Positions 12,511-25,653 of a DNA stretch of 64,000 nt are shown here, one piece after another; positions within the stretch are counted from its first letter, which is position 1; every line of letters starts with the position of its first letter. This DNA comes from Polymyxa betae A26-41 (Eukaryota; Protista; Endomyxa: Phytomyxea), in the NCBI GenBank assembly GCA_003693705.1, contig RBZT01000286.1:169461-233460 (forward strand), in the 5' to 3' direction. The position numbers and the translations under genes were made by a program. The notes beneath the pieces were generated by a model. That model made no database searches and was not told the DNA's origin. It saw only the letters and a program-made list of their open reading frames with translations.

Positions 12511-15500
12511 TTATATAAGGTTGGTGAGACGAGCTCTTTGGATGATCTTGGTACGCGTCATACATTGCACTGCAGATTCAAGAAGACGCAATTTCTTGAG
12601 GGCATCGTCACTCTTTGGTCCATGATTCAAATTTGTTAAATAATCAGAATTCAAAAGCTGATCATCAGGCTCATCTGAAGACAAACGTTAAAAAACACTT
12701 TTTTTGTACACAGGCAGAGTTTACTTTGGCCATTGGCGAACAAAAGCAACTGCGAAACAGCATGACCAGAAGTACTCCAGCTTTGCGGGAAATAGTCCTG
12801 AAAGCGATTCAATATACGATGGATTTTGAGTGCAACCAGAACCTGTTTCGTTTCAAATTGAGATAAGAATTGCTGACAAACTGCAAAGTTTTGTGTCAAA
12901 ATAAGATTAGGAACGATTTCAGTGATAAAAATCGAGAATGCGGCTTCCCAATGTCCCGCCCTCATTGCACAGGTCATGGCTACACAAAAGTTTCCATCAC
13001 TGATACATCGCCCATACTGCATGAATGGCATACTCTCAATCAGAAAGAGGAGTACAATAGACTGGAAAATGTACCTTGGCAGTGTAACTTAGAGCCATCG
13101 GATCGTAAGCATCCCGGGCTTCGACTTTATCGGTCCAGTACGTGACGAAATTGATTAAATCAGTTTCTTCAGCAGATAGAAAATCGCACGGTTCTAAATG
13201 CGACGTCACCTCAGATAGTTCTGGAAGACCGAACTGAACAGAAACGAAACTCGATCTGGCCTGCAAAAATATTGTTTTGAGACCGAAGACTGAACAAAAG
13301 AAATGGAGTTAAACCGATTTAGGCCAGTTTCTGACAAGGAAGTCTTGAAGTAGGGATTTAGTAGCTGAAGGATAGAGATGTGACCCGATGATTATGATGT
13401 AAAGAGCTTCCTTAATTTGATTGGCGGCCTCAAGCTGAGCGACATAGCATACATGAAGAGTCCATGCTGCATCGCCATAAAGAACCACACCCCGTCTCGA
13501 TAAAATATCATACATGTGCCACATTAGCGCGAAGTCAAAATACCTTTCAAACAAATAAGATTAATGTTTGGTAGGAGAAGACGTCAACAAACTTTGGATT
13601 GCCTTTAAATAAACGTGCCGTTGGCAAGGACGGGTCAGCACGAAATTCTAATAACGATCTTCGAAAATCATACGATGATGATTGGAACGGAGCCAATAGC
13701 GATTGTAGTGGCTCATTGGGTCGATCGTTAAACCAAAAATTGGCAGACAGGTTTGACAGCCAATCGGAACCCTGAACGAGCAATCCGGTAAAAAAGCAAT
13801 CGAAAAAAGAAGATATGGCGGCGATTCAGACCTTATCGAGCACATCGCCAGCCAGAATTCTATAAACGGTCTGGCAGGTTGCGGTAAAAGTCTGCCAGGT
13901 ACCCGATATCACCCATTTCCTACCAAGGGTGTTTAGCCAATAGTATAACAGACATGTGTGACACGAACTTGATTTGCTCCCGTAAAAGTTGACGAGATTG
14001 GCCTCGAAGACCGCTGCCGTTCTCGGCGATTAGCTAGAAGTGAATTAAGCCGGAATCATCTGAGCATAAATGGGCGATATTACAGTTGCTAATTTGGGAT
14101 TTCCATGACGGAGTGAGATCGTGACGGCCTCACCAAGACGATGACCTAATAGAGAAGATGCGATTTCTGCCCAGAAATCGGAACCGGGAATGTTTCGGTC
14201 TAAAATGGAGACAGAATCAGTTATGATATTGACCGAGCGTTTAAATGACGAGAACTCTGAAGGACGATATGTTGCTGAATCTCTTCACTTGAAAGCTTTA
14301 GAAAGTCAGTGCGAATTGCTGACTCGAACCAGTTCGAGAGAGCATTACGCATGTGAACATTGGAGCTGCTGAAGTTTGGGTCGAATAAAGCGATCAGAAG
14401 AGACCAATGATCACCTGGGCATGCCTAACGATAAACATTAGCACTGAAAACGACACTGTTATAAAACACTTCAGATATCTAGTACAGCCGACAGCAAACG
14501 AAATTACAAATATACGAGCAAATACGATGTCGTAATCTGGTATGGAAATTAAATACAAAATATTGTCGGACCTTATACGAATAGGCCAAGTCTTCTAGAG
14601 GCTCAGCTCCTTCAACAGCCTTCTGATGTAAACCAACGAGTTTCATATTGATTCCATCATGTTTCAGCCTTAAAATTCGGACCGATGTAAGGCTTGCACC
14701 ACGACACACCACTCTCAATCCAGAACCGAAACCAGCACGAAATGTTGACCTATAAGTAAGTTCAAAAAGTTGCAATTTTCAAAATTAGGAGTCTTCACAA
14801 TTTGGGTCCGATTAAATTCAGGGTATTGGCGTCATAAAGCGGTTGAGAAATAGCTCGCGGGGCGTCGTCAATTCTGTGATGGCGAACAGGAACAGAGAAG
14901 AGGGGCCCGCCCCATTCCTCATCTTGATCCTCAACTTCAGAAATAGGCGCATGTTTATCTGGAGTCTTCGGGATATCCGGAAGACTCGGGAGTGAATTCA
15001 GCCTAAAACATGGTCAAATTCTATCACAAACTTAACGCCACACAATGACTGCACTAAAGGCAAAGTGAAATGAAAAAAAGTGTCACGAAATTTGTAGGAA
15101 TAATCAAGGTTCTCCTATAAAGAACACGGAATGGCAAAATTGAGGGGGTAATGCAAGGTATGAAATCATCGAATAGTAGATTTAGAAATCGTTGCTCCAA
15201 AAACTGAAAGAAGGCGATCATTGATACCACTGCGGTTGCTGACGATTAGTATCGTATAATTGTGCAGATTCATGTTCGAAGGCAGACTGCATGGCACGAA
15301 GTTTATTTCCATCAAGATGAAGAGATGCCGCCAGAGTTTCGGATCGTGGCAGAATTTTTTGAGATCTGGCAGGCGATGATCTCGACAGTGAGCCAATAGA
15401 AGCAAGCTCATCTACAGGAATTAGGGCCTGACGAATGCACATTAATAATCGTATTATCAATGACAAAAGTGGTCCCGACGTCATCGATCTGATCGAAAGT

Positions 15501-15764
15501 AGCACCGTCTAGAAGCTCCGATGACGATAAAGGTCGTGTGTTCAATAAGGGGTAATTGTTGGACTGATTGTTATGATCAGAATCGATATCGATCTGATCC
15601 AGACAGAACTCAAATACATCATCCTGATCTGAATCTACCAACATTATAAGAAATGAGACTAATGACTGAGGTGAAGCCCCCAGAAGTAACCTCTACATGC
15701 GCACTATCTGTAATGTAATGTTACTTGGACTAACATTCAAATATCTGAAAGAATCAATAAGCAT
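12511..15764 (-). CDS. NUP96: Nucleoporin Nup96-like (start uncertain)
   Basis: STFRAGFG (SFRVGWG-like), ISSLLGHRLGEAV, DWLSNL..WF, DFALMWHMYDIL, YVAQLEAANQIKEALY, AGHWEAAFSIFITEIVP across several minus-strand exons. Confidence 0.7.
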
Positions 15765-16192
15765 GTCCTGAACCCATCATTGTATTATTATCATTATTGC
15801 TTTAGTTCAATAAAGTCCAAGTGCATAAAACAGAATGACGACGCAAACAATGCATACCAGTAAACAATCTCCACGCTCGTGTCATAACCACAAAACAAGC
15901 CTATTGCCTAAACTAGCGGTTCGCCCAGGATAGCTGATAAACTTGTCTGCTTTCCAAATGACGAGTCTACAGCATCATATTCAGTATGACACAGCACCAT
16001 ATTAAACTAATAAACTGCTCAAATTACAATGCCAGTTCCAGATTCGCTCAGTTTTATATCACCGCGGCCATACTGACAGTTTATTCTTGAGGAAACGTTT
16101 ACACCTTAATATTACATGAAGTTGTTATCTGATGCTGATTGAAGGCTTAATCCCATTTAAAATGAAACAATTACCATTGAATAACAAAGTTT

Positions 16193-17633
16193 TCAGATGA
16201 ACTGTTCATATGGAGGATGTATAGGCGGTGCTACAGGGGGTAACATCACCGAATCTGATAATGCATATCTAAAAATGAGCACAGTTCAGTATTATTGATT
16301 CGTCTAGCTTGTAAGAACATACGATGCATCGGCGTCGAGGTCTTGATTATCAGCAACCAGATCACCACATGAGAGAAAAGACACCAATCTCCTTTGTGAT
16401 TCTGACAATGTGACATCACGACCTAATCTCAGATTAACATCTCAGTAACGGAAATACCAAGTTTTCATACGAATAGGAAGATTGGCAGTAATCATAGTTG
16501 GAATATAATCTGATGGAGGATCATATCTCTCACAGACCAGGAATGATTCTGTAAATAGCCATCATATCAACATTGCAAATATCGAAAGGGTTCAATACGT
16601 ACCAACACTGGAGTTCCTACTACTAGTAGGTTTAGCGACCGTGACTTTGTTAAAAAAGATGTCCAACTGATCCAGTAATAATGCTAATGAATCCCTAGAT
16701 ATATAAAACTTAGGGATGCAAACTTAGAGAGATCATGATCACATTGATCAATTACTAACCCGCGGAATACTTTGGCTACAAATGATCCACCAGGACGTAG
16801 AACATGAGTCGTTATACATAGCGCCTATAAACATTCTCGTCAATTGGCCAGTATCATTGTGACATAATCCTATAATATCATACAGATAGGATCAGCTGCG
16901 ATTGAACATATCTGCATTCAAGACAATTAGAGAATGTTTCGTGCCAGCAATGGCCAGTACGACTTACTCGTCCATATCGTGCATACTTGATACAGAAGCG
17001 TCCAAAATCAGTTCAATAACATCGATGGTATTAAAAAGAGATCAGAAACTTACCCAGTCACTAAAATACAGCAAATTAGCCAAGCTGTGAAGAAATTATA
17101 AGTAGAAAAAATGGGCAAGCACAGTATCAGGTTAAAATAGGTTTTCAATAAAAAAGAATGTGAATTACCATCTGGAGCTCCATCACACACAACAATATCA
17201 GCTAGATGTCCCTGAAATAAATCGATAATAGATTCAGCTGTAGATCTTCGTGTGATATCTCCTTGTAGCTGAATTATTCCATCTATTGGGGACATTTCCT
17301 GAAGATCAACAGCTACGACGCGACCATTATTAGCTCCACTAGAAAACATATTTTCAATCATGGCAACAGAATGCAAAAAAATTCAGGCGACATTCGATTG
17401 ATGAGAACTTGTGACCAGCTTCCAGGTGCTGCACATCTATTTAATTAATTGAGTACAGTAAGTGATGGGGATAGGCTGAGATTTGCAACTCACAGATCCA
17501 CAGCATTCTTAACATGATCCAACAAGTGGAATGTGTTATCCAGTTGAAGTAACTTAAATGCAGAACGGGCGCGATATCCGAGTTCTTTAGCACGACGGTA
17601 GAAAATGTCACGTTTATCCTTTGAGTACTTCAT
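16193..17633 (-). CDS. TRM7: tRNA (cytidine32/guanosine34-2'-O)-methyltransferase, FtsJ family
   Basis: [91 protein letters not shown]. Many small exons. Confidence 0.92.
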
Positions 17634-17913
17634 GGAGATTTCCAAGACAAAAGTATGACAAATGCTGAAAGAATGGAAATCAGCAAATGCCAAGAATGAA
17701 ACAAGTAGAACTGCGTGTCGCAGTTCTGGGACATTTTTGAAATATTTTTTATGTAACATTACAGAGTTGAGTGAACATTTAGATTTCTTCTTTGTGACAA
17801 GAGATGATATTCGAGAATTATCGAGAACTAATTCGATATTCAACAAATGATTATCTGACCATCATGGACAATCTACTCGCACTTCGTCTTCATTTCCCAC
17901 TTTCAACGCGAAC

Positions 17914-19168
17914 ATGATATTGCTACTGGTACTGGCCCTGAGCTGTAACATTTTGGTGCAGGTCCAGGCTCAACACAGCAATGCTGTATCTCTCCCATGT
18001 CGAGGTCAGTTTCATGCTGACATACTGATCCACCGACTCTGCTACCACCAACCCATTTACAGATCCAAATAACTTCGACGCTTCCTCATGCTTGTTTGCT
18101 GGCGATTATTGCGACTTTAATGCAAATTTCTCGTTGTTCTACGATCAGGTATAAGTTATATCTACGTATTAGGTGGATAATATTTGATACTTATATATAG
18201 GCAACATTATATCATAAATATGTTGAGAATCCAGTACCTGAAAATGCTGAGTTTGTTATAGAGAGTGGTATACCTCGTATAGAGAATGATGCATTATCTG
18301 TATCATTGATACCACCACAATCTCCATCTGATATGGGCACTGCTACTATTATCAGTACGACCAGATTCTTACATTATGGTTTATTCGAGGCTCGATTTAA
18401 AGTGTCTGGCGCTGGTGGTATTGTATCCAGTTTTATTGGGTTTTCGAATGTTCACGATGAGATCGACGTTGAAATTACTGGATATGATAATAGCAGTGTT
18501 CAAGCTAATTGGTATTATTTATGGGCATCATTGTAATTGCATCTCCCATCTCAATTGATTTATTACAGGTACTATCGAGGCAAGGCTGATTTATTTGCCA
18601 GCAATGGTGAATGTCACAATTTGAATGTTTTATTCAGCGTCGATTAATTGATTTTAGGGTCATCTGTGAACGGATACATTGGGAAAGCGAATACTAGCAC
18701 AGCTGACTTTTACCATACATATACGGTTAATTGGACACAGGATTCCATTACCTGGATTCTTGATGGTCGATTAATGCATCAATCACTAAAATCTGAATCC
18801 GGAAAGAATGGATTCCCAGATACACCCATGCGTATATCATTCGGGATCTGGCAAGCACAAGCTAATAGTACATGGGCTGGATCATTAAATACCAATGATT
18901 GGTCACAGCCAATTACAACATCATTCCAATCGTTGAGGGTGTCCTGGTTCGTTCAATTTTAGATTTGCAATGTATCATTTATCAATGTTGTTGGTTTAGT
19001 CTGGCAGGTCCTCATAATCATTCAAATTCTGTTACTGGTGATCAGTTAACTCATACGTCTTCTGGCTACAATCCAGACAATCCATATGGCAACTCAGCTG
19101 TATTTTGTATGTTCCTGACTCCGATCTTCCACATCATTATGCTCTTCGTTATCCTTGCAATCATTTAA
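17914..19168 (+). CDS. Glycoside hydrolase family 16 (Crh/Utr2-like), signal peptide and probable GPI-type C-terminal hydrophobic tail
   Basis: MILLLVLALS signal; YGLFEARFK..GIVSSFI..HDEIDVE (EIDxE catalytic motif); FYHTYTVNWTQDSITWILDG; FPDTPMRISFGIW; terminal NSAVFCMFLTPIFHIIMLFVILAII. Confidence 0.88.
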
Positions 19169-19508
19169 TCACTATATTTAAATCCAATAAAAATAACCAC
19201 ATTTATTCTTATAAGATGTTTGTTTCTGAATAGTAGGTAGTCAAAAGCAGACCAAATTCTATTGACATATTGACAAACAAATATGACACACTTGACAGGT
19301 TGACACTCAGATGCTATTACGATCTTCAATATAAATCGTATTTGTTTACGTCCTCCATTTGTGAAAGTCGCCTATTGTATTCCGTCTCTTTCAAAAGGAA
19401 AGTGATAAGTATTGTTAGTCAGATGGCAAGTTCGAGAACATTCTGGATTCCGACAAATGATGGGCATAATGATCCAAGACGTGTATGGAGGAGTGACAGT
19501 TCTGGATC

Positions 19509-21259
19509 ATGGCCCATACCGCAAAGCGATTACAAAGGCGGGCACATACACTGTTCACCATGATCAAAAGAAGGATGTCGAGAAATCAGTTATTCTTGAT
19601 AGGTGGTTCTATGCTTGGTCTCGTTGCTCTACTCGTTACTATCATTACGGTTGCTGCGATACGTCCAACTGAAACTCGTATTGGTATGGGATCTGATGTA
19701 CCAGATTCATCTAAGGCTGCAACTGTTAATAATCAGTCAACACGACGAATACTTGGATATTATCTAGAGGTGAGCAGATGGGATTTTCGAGGGTTTTGAG
19801 GTTCTGATCATATTGTTAATTTTAGGCGGCGACAGGAGGCAATTGTCCTGGGATCCCGGCTATGAGTAATAGATTTCCTCACAGCTTTATGACATTGCTA
19901 ATATGATCTGACAGGCCCGGATAAGATCCCGGCTCAATATTACACACATCTTATATATGGATTCTCACCATTGATCAACACAACAAGTTGGGGGTTGAAT
20001 GAACCTACAGATAATGAAATACAGAGATATACACAGTTCAATAATCTTAAGAAGAACCATACCGGCTTACAGACAATCATGAGCCTTGGCGGTGATCTAC
20101 CAGTATATAAATTCATTGATGCAATGGAACATGACCAGTATAATACTGATTCTGATAATAGGATATATCACCCATGTCGAGAATGTCACATGATCCATTG
20201 CGCAGGCAGCAGTTTGTTAAGAGCACGATTGCATTCGTCCGCCGATTCGGTTTCGATGGGATCGGTAAGTAGATCCCTCTTTAATCGTATCAAATTGCTC
20301 AGAATAGATATTCAAATGTTAAACAGATATCGATTGGGAGTTCCCTACAGATGTTAGTCGTGGTGGATCATCAAATGATACAGCTGGATTTGTAGATCTG
20401 GTCCAGGAATTTCGTGATCAAATAGATGCAGAAAATCGTCCTGCCAATGTTGCCAAATTACTGCTCACATCCATTGTCCCCGGAGGACCATACTGGGGCA
20501 AGTACTACTCCATCAGCAAGACTATTACTTCCCTTGATTTCGTACATATTTTAGGTAGGCATTGTTGTGACTTATTTGCTGTGAAGTTGAACTCTATTCA
20601 GCATACAATGTATTGGGTACTTGGACGGGAATAACTGATTGTTCAGCTCCATGGGAGAACCCTCGAGACCTCAATCAGGATTCATCTGCTAATGCTCTGC
20701 GATACTTTCTAAGTGAAGCCAAAGAGGCTGGAGTTGGCCCTGAAAAATTCAATTTCGGAATCAGTTTCTGGGCCATCTCGTACACATTACAGCAAGCTCT
20801 AAATGCCACAACAGCTATCAGTAATCATCTATCGCATTCGTATTCAGGTCGTTCTAACCTTCCTGGGATAGGCCCAGCTACGGGAACATTAGCATATACG
20901 AGTGCTGAACAGCCAGCTAAACCTGGATTCTGTACCAAACAGCCAGGATATTTGTCGTACTTCGAAGTAATCAGATTGACGAATACAACCAGAGCGACAG
21001 AGGTTGATGAAGATCCTATATCTGTCTGCAAATACTTCACATATGATCGGGATCAGTATGAGAATGCCCTTGGGGTTAGGGTCTGTAACTGACGTTTTAC
21101 AGATGGGTTGGATATGATGACGCCTCAACATTTAATACCAAAATTGATTATGCCATGGGACTTGGTCTGAATGGTGTATCAGTATGGGGAATGGATGCTG
21201 ATAATCCTGATACATTTGAACTAACCCAGTTCCTTTATAACAAGGTCATGCATTCATGA
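19509..21259 (+). CDS. Glycoside hydrolase family 18 chitinase with N-terminal transmembrane anchor
   Basis: Spliced FDGIDIDWEFP (DxDxE), YTHLIYGF, IMSLGG, PEKFNFGISFW, GYLSYFEV, WVGYDD, GLNGVSVWGMDAD. Confidence 0.9.
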
Positions 21260-21709
21260 AACACATCAATTCCAGATATAGAGACATTCACTCCAACGAA
21301 TAGAGCAACAACCAACCTTCTCATTCTGTTAGGTCTGCTTCTATTCATTTACTACTGGTCATCGCAATCACTTCAAACGACTACATTAAAATAAATTATA
21401 AAATTACAACATGATCAATGGAACAATTGGTTAAGTAATGCAATTCACTGCATAAGGGAAGATCACGATGGATTTTTAATTGTAATAGTGACAGAGTCTG
21501 CAATGCTGTCGATTCATCCCTGCCTGTAATGTATAATCAGTGTAGAAATCCGAAAATCTTGTCACTATGGGAATATTTCGACGACAATTTTGATTTTTTT
21601 TTCATAGAGGCCGCGCCCTGTGTCAGGCGCCTCGTTGGATTCTGTTTGTACGTAAATAGCTGATCTTATCCTCTTAGTCTTACTCAAGTCCTGAGTTATA
21701 TTCACAATC

Positions 21710-23393
21710 ATGGCTCCTGTGGATGCGCACGACGACCCCACCAAGGAACTCGATAAGGAGATCACACCGCTTGATGAAGGCGATATCGCTCTTCTCAAAA
21801 CATATGTACAATCATGATCACTTGATCAGGATATCCCGCCGTTAAAATATGGTCTGTTTAGGGTGTGGGACCATATTCGAAGAACATAAAAAAGCTAGAA
21901 GACGAGATCAGCGAGAAAGCCAAAATGGTCAATGAGTTGAAAGGTTTCTTAATGTCTTGTGCACTGAAGTCGATTACTGAAGCTAACTTGCAGGAATCAA
22001 AGAATCTGATACTGGATTGGCACCTCCGAGTCAGTGGGATTTAGCTCTGGATAAGCAAATGATGCAGGAAGAACAACCATTACAGGTAATCTGAGCAAGC
22101 TATACATTCATTGCTGACCCCTCCAAGGTCGCTCGCTGCACGAAAATCATAAATCCAAACACGGATGATGCCAAGTATGTGATTAACATTAGGCAAATGG
22201 CGAAGTATGTTGTCGGTTTGGGTGATCGTGTCGCTCCAACTGATATTGAAGAAGGCATGCGTGTTGTGAGTTGACTTGGTCCAACGTTGTGTGTATATCA
22301 TTCTTATTATTTTTCAGGGAGTAGATCGTACAAAGTATCATATTCAGATCCCTCTACCTCCTAAAATTGATGCGTCAGTCACTATGATGCAGGTTATTTC
22401 AACATTGTTGCTTTGATCTTGTGTTCAATCTTGCATTTAGGTAGAGGAGAAACCCGATGTTACCTATGATGACGTGGGAGGTGCGAAAGAACAGCTTGAG
22501 AAGCTTCGGGAAGTTGTTGAACTTCCTCTGCTTAAACCTGAGAGATTTATCGAACTTGGTATTGATCCACCAAAGGGTGTGCTCCTCTATGGCCCTCCTG
22601 GAACTGGGAAGACATTATCAGCAAGAGCCGTAGCTAACAGAACCGACGCCTGCTTTATTCGTGTTATTGGTAGTGAACTGGTACAGAAATACGTTGGTGA
22701 AGGCGCTCGTATGGTTCGGGAATTATTCCAACTGGCTCGGTATATATGTTGTGTGCTTTAAACTCCCAATACTGACGTTATTCAGATCCAAGAAAGCGTG
22801 CATTGTGTTTTTTGACGAAGTTGATGCTATTGGTGGTGCCCGTTTCGATGACGGTGCCGGCGGTGACAACGAAGTTCAGCGAACTATGTTGCAGATTGTT
22901 ACTGAACTGGGTACTTACTGTATGGTTATTTGAATCTCATCCATTTCTTAGACTGTTTTCAGATGGTTTTGATCCTCGTGGTAATGTCAAGGTTTTGATG
23001 GCCACAAACCGTCCCGACACCTTGGATCCTGCTCTTATGCGTCCTGGTCGTATGGATCGTAAAGTTGAATTCAATGTCCCCGATCTTGAGGTTGAACTGT
23101 TTAATCGTCCTTTTAATCTTTTGCTGAACAATGTATAGGGAAGGAAGAAAATTCTTCAGATTCATAGTAAAAGTATCAATTGCGAAAAGAATATTCGATG
23201 GGAGCTCCTGGCTCGTTTATGTCCTAATGTGACTGGTGCTGAGCTTCGTTCCGTGTGCACAGAAGCAGGAATGTTCGCCATTCGAGCTCGGCGTAAAGCC
23301 ATTAGTGAGAAGGATATGCTTGACGCTGTTCAGAAAGTTATTAAGGGTTATGCGAAATTTTCTGCTACTGCCAAATATATGGTCTATAACTAA
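21710..23393 (+). CDS. RPT1: 26S proteasome regulatory AAA ATPase subunit 7
   Basis: [76 protein letters not shown]. Confidence 0.97.
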
Positions 23394-23530
23394 CACTAAA
23401 CAAGGACTTTGATTTCCAAAAAGTCATATTATATTTGTAATTTGTACCTACGTATGTAATACAGTATGTATGTATAATAATCTATTGCGAGATGCTAGAA
23501 ATTGTGCGACCACCTTGACGTCATTTCACA

Positions 23531-24993
23531 ATGATCTGGAATTGGGTGACATACCTGGTCTTGATCAGTATTGTTTGTCAAAGCGTACTTCATGCCATCA
23601 GCATATACCTGAATTTGTCGTGCTTCACCGCCTCGGTCCCAGCCGAATTCACTCATACCTATGACAAAGATGGTACTGGGTCTTATTAACCAACCAGCAT
23701 TCTGTCTAATCGCTATTTATCAGCATATGCAAGATCTCAGCGCTATACTAAGGCTAAGTCCTCCTACCAGTTGATTGCAAGCACGTATTCGACTGTTGTG
23801 TTCCTGGTTTTATGGTTTACCCGAACATTCAATAATGTCGACATTTGGCTCCGATCTTTCCATTTTCATCCCACTATCACAGGCGTCTTCTACATGTTCG
23901 CATTCTTTGGAATCTCGTTTCTCACGAATTTACCGCTTTCAGTTTATTCTACGTTTGTGCTTGAGGGTAAATTTGGATTCAATAAGACTACTGTGAAGAC
24001 ATATATTCTTGATCAAATCAAAACTATTGTGCTATCTATTGCACTTGGGTCCCCTCTGCTTGCAATCATACTATTGTTTCTCGAGCGTTTCGGGCCGTCA
24101 GCTTGGGTATTCTGCTGGATTACTGTCTCGTTGTTCAGTCTTCTCATGTTTTTCATTGCTCCAAAATATTTGCTTCCTCTTTTCAACAAGCTGACTCAAC
24201 TTGAAGATGCTGGATTACAAAGCAAAATCAAGCAACTCGCTGATCGAATTCAGTTTTCGTTCAGCGCTATCTTTGTTATTGACGGATCCAAACGATCCAA
24301 TCATTCGAATGCTTTCTTCGCCGGTATTGGCAGCACAAAACGTATTGTTCTTTTTGATACTTTATTATCCAAGCAATCTTGTAAGTCATTCACCGTCAAT
24401 TTTTCGTCGTATCTAAATTGATAGCAGCCGATGAGATTATCGCCATTTTAGGTCATGAGATGGGCCATTACAAGCTTGGCCATGTCTATTCCAACTTGAT
24501 ATTATCCATAGTCAATTTTTTGGGGCTATTTTATGCAATGAAGCTCTTTATCAGCAACGATGCTTTATTTAAAGCTTTCCTGTTGGAGAAGAATTCATAT
24601 TACGCTGGACTGCTTTTCTTTTCCCAAGTCCTATCGCCCATTGCTTTCTTTGTCGAACTGATTGTTACTGCAATCAGCAGATATAACGAATATCAAGCGG
24701 ATAAATTCGCAGTAGAATGTATTGAGAACCCAGAGGATCTTGTTTCTGGGCTCAAGAAGCTTTCATTAGATAATTTATCAAATCTCACCCCGCACTGGCT
24801 AATAGTTGGTTTTTTTAAGGTCGTTGTTAGGGGTGTTAATAATTTTTATTAGGTCTTTCTAACGTACACACACCCTCCAGTCTTAAAGAGAATTGAAGCA
24901 ATTCGGGAGCATGCTAAACAGAAATCGTATGGAAATCAGTATAGATATTGTAATGTTCAAGATGCTAATTATTGTTCTAGGAAAAAAGATTAA
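23531..24993 (+). CDS. M48 family zinc metallopeptidase (Ste24/CAAX protease-like)
   Basis: FVLEGKFGFNKTT, DGSKRSNHSNAFF, KRIVLFDTL, HEMGH, EYQADKFA, YTHPPVLKRI. Multiple TM segments and 3-4 introns. Confidence 0.9.
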
Positions 24994-25653
24994 GCAGATC
25001 AAAATGCTCGCCAAAAGCAGCCTAGGATTTTGCCAAGATGGTTTCTTGAACAATGTTAAAAATGAACATTTCTCAGTGCTTAAAAAAAATCGCCTTTCGA
25101 TGTTTTAAAAAAGTTCGGATCACTTGCTATGTTGATTATGCAAAGATAGAAAATTGTGTCTGGTTGAATTTGTCGACTTCTCAGAATACATGGAAGCGTT
25201 CGCGTCTCGTTGAAAGTTGCTTTGCTCCTTGAACTGGGGATTCTTTTGATGTCGATGCGCTTTCCATAAAGAGAGTTGTCATCTGATTAATACAAGCACA
25301 TCAATCAGTAAGCATGAACATTCGAAACAAAGAGAAAAGAAATTCACGATTGCACAGATTGCAAACCCTCTAAAATGCAGTCATTTACGGTCTTCGATCT
25401 TTTGGGAATCAGAACTGGTGGGTGGAAGCAAACTGCAAAGTTGCTGCTCGACTTCTGTTTCCAATACACTAAATGTTCCCTATGTATGTAGGAGTATATT
25501 GTATAATAGTAGTCGTAGTTTCCAATACTTTCCAGAAGATCTTGAAAAAACCGGAGTTTGACGGAGTCCGTGACGGAGTTTTGAATGTGGGTAGCTCGAT
25601 AGATTTGGGTTCTGACAAATCCAGTGATTTGGTGTGAATTTCGAAGTCCCGAC

